A DNA stretch of 64,000 bases. It comes from Tubulanus polymorphus. Its lineage: Eukaryota > Animalia > Nemertea. The DNA lies in assembly GCF_964204645.1 (NCBI RefSeq), contig NC_134033.1, positions 7,696,655 to 7,760,654 on the forward strand, written 5' to 3'. Under the pieces are notes generated by a model. The model did no database searches. It saw only the letters and a program-made list of their open reading frames with translations, and had not been told where the DNA came from. Both the position numbers and the translations under genes were made by a program. Below, in pieces: positions 36,821 through 47,725 of this stretch. How positions within the stretch are numbered: position 1 is the stretch's first letter; every line of letters starts with the position of its first letter.

Positions 36821-38068
36821 TTAGTACATAACACTATCTAATTGTGAATTTACAATATTTATTTGCGCATCAGATATAATATAAATATGCATTTTAAAAT
36901 TTTTAATTCCTTTTTTCTTTGTCATGAATAATTGTATTCCATCTTTTGTATTTTGTAATTTTTTCCCAGAACCATGTAATGAATTATCTTCAGTTGTTCT
37001 AAAATCTAACCATAATGCATATTTATTACCGGTATAATAATCAATTTGATTAATGTTACAATTTTCAAATGATTTTACTTTTTCATTCATAAAATGTTTT
37101 TTAATTTCTACCCATTGATCAATCATTCTCATTCCTTGACAAAATATTTTATTTGCTATTCCTTCGATAGTTATTTCTACTTTTGTTATTTCAGGATTAT
37201 AATAATTGTCAACATTTATTGCGCCATTAGTATACGTTCCAATAGTAAAAAATATTAATATACCTTTAATAGATCTTCTAGGGAAGTTAATATTCTCATT
37301 TATTATTTCATCATTTGCATTAATAGTTACAGTTTTAAATTTATCAATATAATCATATAATAATGAAAATCCTTGATTGTATTGAGTTTGAATTATACTT
37401 GAAATATTTTCATCAGTTACTGTATCATATTCTAAACATATATTCGATAATTTATAACTCATATCTTTATTAACGCTAGATAATACAATTTCATTTACAG
37501 GAGCAAATGTTATCTCGAATATAATATCTTCTTGAATTGCGTATTTATATAAAGGTGCATTATTATTTATCAATTCAAAGTCTAATGGAATTTTATATTT
37601 GCTTCCATATATACTTTTTATCAATTTATCTACATCATTTGTTAATATTGCGCTATTAGCTTCTGATCTAAATTTATTTTGGTTTTCTGATTGGATTCCT
37701 TGAAATATCATATTATTTCTATTTTCTTTAGTTAACCATAAATCTTTATAATGCATAAATAAATTATAATCATCTAATGAGAAAACTGTTTCTGGTCCAA
37801 TCTTTATTGTTAACTTTTTAATCAAATATCTTCCAACATTATCAACGACATAATTATTATTATTACCGATTACTTTTATATCAGCTGATAAATAAATACT
37901 GTTTGGAACGTAAAAAGTATTTTGTGTTAATCGAGGGATTCTAACGTATAAAGTTTCATCGGGATTAATATTTGAAGGGTTATGAGTAATTATATGATGT
38001 GATCTTTCTGCTTTAATAGCATTAGATATTCTATGATTCTTAGAAGGATTGATATAACTCCCACTCAT
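36821..38068 (-). CDS. Major capsid protein (double jelly-roll), intact
   Basis: 415 aa, beta-rich; NPSNINPDETLYVRIP, YKIPLDF, LEYDTV, RRSIKGIL and ALWLDFRT resemble Polinton MCPs; size and context fit. Confidence 0.8.
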   Translation of the reverse strand: MSGSYINPSKNHRISNAIKAERSHHIITHNPSNINPDETLYVRIPRLTQNTFYVPNSIYLSADIKVIGNNNNYVVDNVGRYLIKKLTIKIGPETVFSLDDYNLFMHYKDLWLTKENRNNMIFQGIQSENQNKFRSEANSAILTNDVDKLIKSIYGSKYKIPLDFELINNNAPLYKYAIQEDIIFEITFAPVNEIVLSSVNKDMSYKLSNICLEYDTVTDENISSIIQTQYNQGFSLLYDYIDKFKTVTINANDEIINENINFPRRSIKGILIFFTIGTYTNGAINVDNYYNPEITKVEITIEGIANKIFCQGMRMIDQWVEIKKHFMNEKVKSFENCNINQIDYYTGNKYALWLDFRTTEDNSLHGSGKKLQNTKDGIQLFMTKKKGIKNFKMHIYIISDAQINIVNSQLDSVMY

Positions 38069-38109
38069 TTATTTAACAAAAAAATTAATTATTTATTTTT
38101 AATCATGGT

Positions 38110-39589
38110 TTACTTGATATTTTTTGATATCATATTCACTAACCCAAAAATAATAGCACTTACAACTGTAATTAAAAATAAAATAATATGTTCAGCAGCA
38201 AAGTTAATAATGTTTCCTGCAGATTTCAATATAAAACCAACAATTGAAGCAATAACTCCTGGTAAAGCTGCAGCAGATTTTTTAGATAGTTCCCATAAAT
38301 ATTTTGCTAATTTCTTTAAACCATCAACTTTAACTTTATCTTGTATAGAATTATTACCTGGAGGTTTATCTGGTTTATCCGGTTTATTGGGAGTAGGAGT
38401 AGATTTCAAAGCATTTGAAATAGCTAAACCAATTGTTGTAAATACCATAGTTACAGCTGTTAGAATTGAAAGAATTGTTATTCCTTCTAATTTAAATAAT
38501 AACTTTATTCTATCTTTTAATGATATTTCAGAATTTGGTTTAATCAACAAATCTTTAAAAATAACTTTTAATCTATTTATATTATAATCATATGATTTTA
38601 ATAATAATTTAATTTCTTCTTTTTGTAATTCTATGTTATATTCTAAATCATCAATTTCTTTTTCTAAATATGCATTTCTTTTTTTAAATTCAATTTCTTC
38701 AATAACTTTATTATCTCTATCTAATTTTAATTGTTCTATTTCTTTTCTTGATTTTAATAATTCATCTTCTAAAGTTCTAATTTTTAAATCTCTTATACTT
38801 TTATCATGCGCAATTTTATCAGATGCAAGTCTTATACTAATAATTTCTTTAATTGCTTTATCAGAAAATATATTTAAATCTTCTAATTCTTGTTTTGTTG
38901 CATCAATTAATCCATTCGGTAAAAGTTTTTCAATTGGAATTTTATTTGATTTAAGTTTACTAGTTTTGGAAGTTTTATTCTGTTCAGAACTTGTTTCTGG
39001 TTCTAAATTATTATCGATTGTTTCAAATAATTCATTAATTCTTTGTTTAAATACTCTTTCATTTTTAATAATTTCTTCTTGTGTTACATCTTCTATTTCA
39101 TTACTATTTCTTATTCTTTTAATTCTAGATAGTAATGAGTCAGACTTAAGCAAAGTTGATTCTGCTAATATTTTGTTTTGTTTTTTTATAAGAGATATCA
39201 ATATAATAATCATCTTTCAAATGATAATAATATTCACCATCTAAAGATTTTAATTCTTGTACTAAAAGTCTGGCGCCTCTAGCATTGATATTATATCCAG
39301 ATTTTTCAAATATAGGTTTGAAATTATAAATATATTCATTATATTCTAAATTTTGTTTTACTAAATCTGGATTTTCATTTTCAGGATTTATTCTCGATCT
39401 AGTTCTTCTATCAAATTCATCTGTTGATTGACCTTTAGAACCACTATCTGCTAAATTAGAATTATATGCTGATTCATCATCATTATCAATATTAGTTTCA
39501 TTAAAATCGGGTTGTGGTTCATCATCAATATATCCTTCATTATTATTTCCCATTTCTCCCATTTCATAATCTTCTACACCTTCTGCCAT
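38110..39589 (-). pseudogene. Coiled-coil plus membrane protein, probably one gene frameshifted in an A-run near 39184
   Basis: Removing one A joins ...DISYKK to QNKILAESTL...; only the 39589 start has TAAATG; several C-terminal hydrophobic helices. Confidence 0.7.
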
Positions 39590-39606
39590 TTACATAATAA
39601 AAAAAA

Positions 39607-40778
39607 TTAAAATTTAAAATATAATATTCCTCCGATTACATTTCCTATACAAGTTATAGCTAATTTAGTATTTTCATGGGATTTATTATCATCATTTAGT
39701 TTAATTATATCATGTTGAATTTTATCAGTTCTATTATTTTCTGATGTATAGAAATAATTAATAGATTAGGGCCTATACAATAATTTAGTCTTACATGAGA
39801 TTTATCTAAATAATTTTGATATCTTATAATGTTTTCTGGAATCGATCTATTTTTATCATTATGTATGGAATCTTCAAATAAAACTTTAAACTGTTTTTGT
39901 GTATCGAATGATGTATTAAAATTTCCAATTATCGGTGATCTTGTTTCAACTTGTGATCCTAGAATACAAATCAAATAAGTTCTAATAGATTGATTTATTC
40001 TTTCTATACCTGATTTAGTAAAACCTTCACTATTTTCTAAAATAAAATAAACCCAACCATTATTGTTTTCTTGTTTTAAATTATCATAAAATTTCGGTAA
40101 TTTATTGAAATTTAATGTTTCTAAATCCTTTGTTTCTATTTTACCATAACCTAATTTATTATTATAGATATTATAAAAACTATCAGTTGGTATGGGAAGT
40201 GCACAATATTCTGCAATCTTTTTAGGGCAAGGAAGTGATCTTATTGTTCCAATTTTTGTTCTAAAATCAGAATTATTTATATCTATATTAAATTCATTGC
40301 AAATCTTATAAAACTTAGATAAATTAATATTATTATCTAATTCTTTAAAATATCTAGATCCTGGTAAAGCACACTCTAATTCATTTAATATTATTCTGAT
40401 TTGAAAGTATGTATGAAATCTAAATAAACTTTGAATTAGTTTATATTTAGAATTATTCAAATGATCATTCCAACTAATTCCACATCCTGTTGTTGCACAA
40501 TAAACAGCAAAATTTAATTGGTTCTGCCAATACTTCATATTAGATTTTAATAACCATTGTTTTTCATCTTTCAATTTTTTAAAATTAATTAAATATACAT
40601 GAAATATATTTTCCATCTTTGCATTAAAATTATTAGTTTCAGTAACATAAATTTCTAAATTAGTTAATGAATCTAAAACTTCATTTCTATATGTAATATC
40701 TTTATTAAAATCTATTGCTGGAATATTATATTTAATTGATTTATTATATCGGAAAGCTTTTGGAAAACTATCTACCAT
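39607..40778 (-). pseudogene. Polinton-type virion protein, C-terminal TM tail out of frame
   Basis: WQNQLNFAVYCATTGCGIS core; a different frame beyond 39715 reads HENTKLAITCIGNVIGGIIYFKF-stop. Confidence 0.6.
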
Positions 40779-40795
40779 TTATATAATTAAAAAAA

Positions 40796-41230
40796 TTAAT
40801 AATATATTAATTCTTTTAATAATTTATCTTGTTCTTCAACTGTTATATGACCATTTAAACTTATTATATTATCTAGTGTGTTCTTAAATTTATTTATTTC
40901 TTTTATATTAGTTTTAATTTTTTCTTTATTACTTTTTATATTTAATTTTGAACTTATACCAGTTAAAACACTTGAACTTAATCCTAACACACCAATTGAT
41001 ATAGCTAAAGGTGTTAATGGGCTGAATATTGCTAGAAATGTTATTACAGAACTAATTGTAACCGAACCACTTATAATCAAATAATATATAATTTTACTTT
41101 TTAAATATTTTTTCTTTTTTATCTTTAAGTCACTTTCAAATTCTAATATTTGTTTTTCTAAATATGTTTTTAATTTAGTTTTATTTATATCATGAGGAAT
41201 AATATCAATACTATCAACTTTATCTTCCAT
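40796..41230 (-). CDS. Two-TM membrane protein, 144 aa
   Basis: Two adjacent hydrophobic helices flanked by charged helices; TAAATG start. Confidence 0.75.
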   Translation of the reverse strand: MEDKVDSIDIIPHDINKTKLKTYLEKQILEFESDLKIKKKKYLKSKIIYYLIISGSVTISSVITFLAIFSPLTPLAISIGVLGLSSSVLTGISSKLNIKSNKEKIKTNIKEINKFKNTLDNIISLNGHITVEEQDKLLKELIYY

Positions 41231-41249
41231 TTATTTAGAATAAAAATTA

Positions 41250-41672
41250 CTAATTAGTAAACTTATAAGCAATAAATATAACAATAACTGTTCCACCTAA
41301 AATCCATATTATTTCATATTTCTGTTGTTCTTTACTTGGGGTATAATAATCTGATAATTTAGGTTTGTATAGATGTAATTTTTCTTTATTGGTTACTGCG
41401 TTATATAAACTCATTGCATCATCAACTGATTGAAAATCTCTACGTGAAATCTTCTGATCATATAATTCTTTATTGATGTAATCCATATAGTTTTGTCTCT
41501 TTTCTCTATATTCTTCTGCAGCTTTATTGTATTTCTCTAACGCTAAGTTATGTCTTCTCTGTTCTCCTAATGAACTATTTTTATCAATATGTTTAAATAA
41601 ATAACCACCACCAGTAAATGCTAAAGCGTTAACAATTGCCGATCCTATAATAGTTATAATTGCAGAAGCCAT
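41250..41672 (-). CDS. Small membrane/virion protein, 140 aa
   Basis: Hydrophobic N-terminus (VNALAFTGGGYLF), EQRRHNLALE helix, C-terminal TM. Confidence 0.75.
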   Translation of the reverse strand: MASAIITIIGSAIVNALAFTGGGYLFKHIDKNSSLGEQRRHNLALEKYNKAAEEYREKRQNYMDYINKELYDQKISRRDFQSVDDAMSLYNAVTNKEKLHLYKPKLSDYYTPSKEQQKYEIIWILGGTVIVIFIAYKFTN

Positions 41673-41697
41673 TTATTTAACAAAAAAAATTATACAT

Positions 41698-41919
41698 TTA
41701 TATGGGAGGAATATATTTTTGTTTTTCCAAATAATCAATAGTTAAATTAGATAAAGTAACTGCTAATGTTAACTTTAAAATATCATTTATATCAAATCTA
41801 TCAACATTAACACTTCCCATTTTGAATACTTTTTTTAATACCATTGAATAACCAACAGTTCCAACTGATAGTAATGCGCCATTATATAATCCAGTTATTA
41901 TCCACTTATTATCACTCAT
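41698..41919 (-). CDS. Small hydrophobic protein, 73 aa
   Basis: Intact, TAAATG start, tightly packed in the virion block. Confidence 0.7.
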   Translation of the reverse strand: MSDNKWIITGLYNGALLSVGTVGYSMVLKKVFKMGSVNVDRFDINDILKLTLAVTLSNLTIDYLEKQKYIPPI

Positions 41920-42261
41920 TTATTTATCAAAAAAATTACTATCATCAAAATATTTAGTTAACTTATTTATGATTAATTCAACATTTATTTCATTACTACT
42001 TTTATGATTATCATATATTTTGGATAATATGTTTTTGATATCTTCAATAATTCCATCTTCATTTAATTCATAATATTCTAAAGGTGATTTAATTAAATCA
42101 ATTACTTTTTCTATATTATACTTTTCTTTATCAATCATTGATGCATTGTTAAATGATTTACTTTTTATATCAGTAATTACATCATTTAGTTTAATTCTCA
42201 TTTCTTTACCATGTTTAAAATCAAACCCAAAACATATACTCGGTCCAACAGTTATATTCAT
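41920..42261 (-). CDS. Hypothetical protein, 113 aa
   Basis: Intact, TAAATG start; its stop abuts the next start. Confidence 0.7.
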   Translation of the reverse strand: MNITVGPSICFGFDFKHGKEMRIKLNDVITDIKSKSFNNASMIDKEKYNIEKVIDLIKSPLEYYELNEDGIIEDIKNILSKIYDNHKSSNEINVELIINKLTKYFDDSNFFDK

Positions 42262-42278
42262 TTATATAGTGAAAAAAA

Positions 42279-43037
42279 TTACTCTCTACATCTTATAACT
42301 AATTCATAAATTACAGGGAAATTATTTAAATCAATTAAGTATCCATTATGATTTCTAATTTCTAATCTAAAATTATTAAATTTAGGAATGCAAGGTTTGA
42401 AATCACATTCTGTTAAATTATAATTTATTTGCGTTCCAAATTCTTTAACATTCTTCAATGGTAAAATGTTTAGTAAACCAGAATTACAAGTTATATCTTT
42501 AGTTGCTTCGAATGTTTTTGTAGGATCGATTAAATTGCAATAAATATAAAAATGTGTAAAAGGCATTATATTTGGTGTAGCATCAGCATTGCGTATCCTT
42601 ATATCTGGGGTTATTCCTAAAATTTTAGCTAAAGGTTTTTTAACTAGAAATTGATGTTGATCTTCATTACCTAATTTTATTCTTATTTTATCAGAGCTAT
42701 CACTTTTAATCAGTCTTAATCCAAATCCAGCAGATGCACCCATTTTTAACCGAGCTCTTCTATTAATTTCTTGAGCTAATGTATCTAAATTATATAATCC
42801 TGGTTTAAGATAAAGATGAAACCATTTACTTTTATTTCTATCATGAATTAAAAAGACTCTATGTTCAATAGACTTATCCGATATATTGTAAAAAGAATTA
42901 CATAGACTTATATTAACTAATTTTAAATCAACACAATTCTTAAATTCTCTATCTAATTGTACTAGTAAATTATGTGATTTATAATTTGTAAGTTTTCTAG
43001 AATCAACAAATATTCTGTATTCTTTTAATTCCGCCAT
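42279..43037 (-). CDS. Probable minor capsid (penton, single jelly-roll) protein
   Basis: PGLYN, FYIYCNLID and RLEIRNHNGYLIDLNNFPVIYEL resemble Polinton penton motifs; 252 aa. Confidence 0.7.
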   Translation of the reverse strand: MAELKEYRIFVDSRKLTNYKSHNLLVQLDREFKNCVDLKLVNISLCNSFYNISDKSIEHRVFLIHDRNKSKWFHLYLKPGLYNLDTLAQEINRRARLKMGASAGFGLRLIKSDSSDKIRIKLGNEDQHQFLVKKPLAKILGITPDIRIRNADATPNIMPFTHFYIYCNLIDPTKTFEATKDITCNSGLLNILPLKNVKEFGTQINYNLTECDFKPCIPKFNNFRLEIRNHNGYLIDLNNFPVIYELVIRCRE

Positions 43038-43054
43038 TTATTTTACATATTTTC

Positions 43055-43396
43055 TCATTCGAAATCTATTTCATGGTGTCCTTTTTCATTCTTACCTTTA
43101 TATACGAAATAGAAATCTCCAGAACATAATTCTTCTAGATCTTCACTTGATAATCTATGAAATCTATCTGGTAAATAAGTTCTGAATTTATGTGTATTTC
43201 CTTTTAATCCTTCATATTCTAAATGAATTATTAATTTATCTCCATATTTGTTAGTAACTGTAACAATATTTGTAATTAAATATTTCTTGTGAATTGTTAA
43301 CTCAGTTAGTTTTTTGAATTTATAATCTACAGATTTGACGCTTGAAGTATCTTTAATTCTATCTAAGAATTCACTGTGTACTTGTTTACTCTCCAT
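43055..43396 (-). CDS. Small beta-rich protein, possibly OB-fold ssDNA-binding
   Basis: FKKLTEL...Y.I...TNKYG...YLPDRF pattern, directly downstream of pPolB; fold is inference. Confidence 0.55.
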   Translation of the reverse strand: MESKQVHSEFLDRIKDTSSVKSVDYKFKKLTELTIHKKYLITNIVTVTNKYGDKLIIHLEYEGLKGNTHKFRTYLPDRFHRLSSEDLEELCSGDFYFVYKGKNEKGHHEIDFE

Positions 43397-43424
43397 TTAT
43401 TATACAAATTTTTATTGAAATTGA

Positions 43425-46400
43425 TTAACACGTTAGAATCCTTTTCATAATCTCATTTTCTTTTGTTTCTTCTCTTTTGAATTTTATATATTCATCTAAA
43501 TTGCAACCATAGGCGACTGTGTGGATTCCATCATCTAAAATATATCATTTATCATCAAATGGGTTTAGACTTATCTTCTCTATCTCTTCAATATACATTT
43601 CATGATCTTCAGATCTTAAACATTTCATTTTATGTTTTCTAACTTCTTCATTAAATATACAATTGATGTAATCTTTGAAATGAATATTCTTTTCTACTAC
43701 ACTTTTAGTTATTCCTTTTAACTTTTTAGCTTCATGTTCTTTAGTTTTATATGAATACATTTTAGATCTAATACCTATGAACTCTATCATTTCTTCACCA
43801 CCTAATTCATCCTTAAACTTCCCAGGAACTTTTTTATTATCATTGCTAAACAATTCATGATTTTTTGGATAGTTACTAAAATCAAAATGATGATTTAATA
43901 TTTTTAAATCATCAGTTATGTTATCAGTTTTTATCTTTAATATATAACTGTCAGTATCAAAATATAATATTTCAATGTGTTTTTCCCCAAAATGGGGTTG
44001 CAATACATTATAATAGAATTCATACATCAATAGCTTTGAAATTTCTAAAACTGCAGCTCCAACATAAATAGGTTTATTGAACTTCATAGAAGTTCTTTTT
44101 AATTTAACTGCAGCTAAATTTTCATCGAATATTCTATTACCTATGAATTTCGGATACGATTGTAAATGCCTTATCCTTTTACCATTACTAACTAACTCAA
44201 TATCATTTCTATTTCTTATGTTTTCACAAGTCTTACCATAGAACGCATTGTTCATTAGTTTAAAGTAATCCTTCTCAAAATCAGTTTTAGCTTCAGTTCT
44301 CTGTGTAGTATTAAAATCTATATATTTTTCTAACCACTTAGATTGATTAAATGAAATATATCTATGTACTTTTTTTAATATCATTCCTTGATTCAAATAG
44401 AATTTTAACATTCTATAATGTACTACATAATTATATTTATCTTCTTGAGTTACCATTAACTTTTCAGTATGAATATGATTATCGGGTTTAATTCTTTTTT
44501 GATAATTTGATAATTCTTCATGTTTAACAATTTTATGTTCGGGACAATATGCTAGATTTCTAGATTTAAATTTAATATTTTCAGGGTATTCTAAATCTAC
44601 AACAAAGAAGTAACCAATATCTGAATCATCTGCAATATCTAGGATTCTTTTCTTCCAATCAAATTTATCAATTTGTAAAACTTCAGTTATTTCAAACATC
44701 CCATAAGGTTGTGGTTCCATCATTGCCCAACCATAAAGATTATTTGCATCTATGTATAATAATTTATATCCAGGATTATCATTTACATTGAAATATCTAT
44801 CACCCAATACACCTGAAACACCTCCTCTTATAGATTTTTCAAATAATAGTAATTGATCTATATTTGTTAACAAATCCATTTTTATATTTGTAAATTTTAA
44901 TCCACAATCCCATGTTAATCCTGGTGATGAATAACAATGACAAAGATCAATGTTAAAATATTTTAGGTTTACATCTCTAAACCTTTCGAATATATCAGTT
45001 AATAATAATACATCTGATTTTAAATATAAATCTACTAATTGCCCATGATTTTCTATTTTGAAATGATTCCAAATATTCAATGTTCTATTATATACTTCAT
45101 CTTTAACATATTCATTTTTTAATTCATCATAGAATTGTTCTTTTAATAATTCAGTTATTTTAAAATCATTATGATTTTTATAGAAAGAATATGGAATTGC
45201 ACCTTTATATCTCATTAATTTAAAATCATCATAATTTGGGTAATATTCTTCTAATATCTTTAATTCATCATCAATTAATGATTTTGATAAGTTATCTAAT
45301 GAACTATTTAAAAATCTATATGAATCTATAAATCTTAAACAACCAAATTGAAATGATATATAATTCTCAGATGTTTTAGCTAACATTCTAAATTTATAAG
45401 TTGGTATTTTATCTTTTGATTAATTTGAATTTAATATTTCTATTTCATTATTAATTTCTTCTATTTTATGACACAGTTGTTTAATGAATAAATGCGCGTC
45501 ATACCCCGATAAATTGTGAAATATAATGGGGACAAAATTTACTTTTTTAGCTTGCAAATTACAATTCTCATGTGCAGCGCCTCTAAATTTACCATTCAAA
45601 TGATCATGGTCTCTTACTTTTTTATCTTTATAATTAAATATCTTTTCACAATAATAACATTTATCTGCAAACGCAAATACTTCTTTATCTTCTTCTGTCA
45701 TTATAATTTCTATATTTCTATTCAATAATTTACTAAATCTTATTTCATATTCAATTAATAAGTCACAAAAATGATTAATAACATTTTCATTTCTATACTG
45801 ATAATATTCACTTTCAATTAGTTCTGGATAATCAGATTTAATATATAACCCGAAAGCAGCAGCTGATTGATGAATCTTTTTAATAGTATTTGTTTTTGGT
45901 GGTTCTTCTGAATAATCACTTTCATTAGAATTTAATTTCTTTCTTTTATAATATATATCTTTTCTATCTTTATCTGTTAATTCTTTATTTAATGATTCAA
46001 AATCTCCATATATTACAAATGGTATTTTATTTTTGTAATCATATTTTTTGAATTCTAATATTTTATCCTTTTCATTTGGTAAAACTAATTTACAATAATC
46101 ATGATTATCACATAGTTGTTTATGATTTAATAATGTACTTTCATTACTAAATTTATGTAAACATTTTCTACATAGATATATTTTATTATGGTGATCACTT
46201 TCTGTTCTAAAAAATAAATCTATTTGTTTAATCCACATATAATGATTCTCATAATATAGTATATCTATAACATCATTTGAATCATAATCTTTTGATAGAT
46301 ATAAAGGTTCTAATGTATAATGTTTAATATTATTTCCTTTTGTATTTGGTAATTTAATTAAATCAAATACATTTATTTTAAGATTATTATCTCTTTCTAT

Positions 46401-47456
46401 TTTTGGAATATTTTTAATTCTAACAGGATACTTATCTATCTTATAATTATTTTCAAATTGTTTATAATGAGTTAATCTAAAACTATGTGTAATATCTTCT
46501 GTTGGATGTAAACAACTTATTATAGCCCATATAAAACATTTATTATCAAAATTTTGTATATTTATTACACCATTAGTTTTAAATGGTAGTTTAATATAAC
46601 TTGTTCCATTTATACTATCATCTTTATAATATGATAAATTATTTTCATCAATTGGTTTTGATTTTGTTAACTTATTATATTTTGTGTTATAAACATGTAA
46701 AGTTATAAATATTATCTCATCAAATATTAAACCAGATCCTTCAAAATATTTCTCTTCTATTTTAGTTTTTACTTCATTATAACATTTATTTAATTTATCA
46801 TCTATATGTTGTTTAGATATAATATGTTGTGAATGAGAATTTATATTATATATTGGTTTATCTTCAGATTTTATAAATTTAACTTTAACTGATATACTAA
46901 TTTTTGGATATTCTACGTTTGTAATTATTTTTATTATTTCTTTCATATTTTCTAAATGTTTTTTATTTTCTTCTATTGTTTTTCCTTTATGAAATTTAAA
47001 CTCGATAGCTGCTGGACCAATATCACTTTTAAATGCTTCGGTTATCTCTATATCTTTTTTATTATCTAATGAATTAATATAATTTCTTACATCTTCCATG
47101 TATGGTCTTTTATTGTTTAATTTATTTTTTATTCTTTTAATTGTCTTCTGTTTCTTATCGTTATCATTATCAAAATAATCTTCACCTAAAATATCATTAT
47201 TCTTATTTCTAATATGACTTATAGATTTTAAATGTTCTTTATAATATCTTTTATCACTGAATGATTGATTACATGTATCACATTTGTATGTTTCTTTTTC
47301 ATTCTTTAATTCTTCTAATTTAGTTTCTAATATATCATCCTTATATTCTAGTTTCAATTTATTCTCTAAATGTGTTATAGTTTTATTGTGTCTTGCTTTT
47401 TGGGATTTATCTATATCTATATTACATGTTGGGCAGTAGTACTTATTTGCTTCCAT
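43425..47456 (-). pseudogene. polB: Protein-primed family B DNA polymerase (1343 codons) with two in-frame stops
   Basis: All exo/pol motifs present. TAA at 45420-45422 and TGA at 43545-43547 replace Arg codons of the 16186 copy; the frame continues to TAA at 43425. Confidence 0.95.
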
Positions 47457-47725
47457 TTTAATACTATATTTTTTATTAAAATTGATTTTAGAAGTTCAAT
47501 GATTTAAATGTTATTCATTTATGTGAATATTTTAAGAGTAATAGGGATAATAGGCTTTCGTATCAAAGGTTGAAGGGTCGAGTGAGTAAAAAATGAAAAT
47601 AATAATAATTTACAGTTGAATTAGGAGTGTGCGCGACTAATTCAACTGTAAATTATTGTTATTTTCATTTTTTTACGAGCTCGACCCTTCGACCTTTGGT
47701 ATGAAAGCCTGTTATCCCTATTACT
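47343..47725 (-). repeat. Right TIR (47537-47725 fold-back palindrome)
   Basis: Inverted copy of 29824-30205. Confidence 0.95.

Larger units (their letters stand above)
29824..47725. mobile_element. Complete Polinton/Maverick-type endogenous virus (subfamily 2), 17.9 kb
   Basis: AG...CT termini, 6-bp TSD GCCATT (29818-29823 and 47726-47731), empty site at 10570-10575, TIRs of 382/383 bp, and pPolB, integrase, ATPase and capsid genes. Confidence 0.97.

Noticed and set aside
35995-39244. Plus-strand ORFs 35995, 38033 and 38633 (and 40878, 45516)
   Set aside because: Antisense shadows of real minus-strand viral genes.
34145-45422. Alternative genetic code or programmed readthrough to explain in-frame stops
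   Set aside because: Stops are mixed TAA and TGA, the two pPolB copies are broken at different positions, and TAA is the normal terminator of intact genes.
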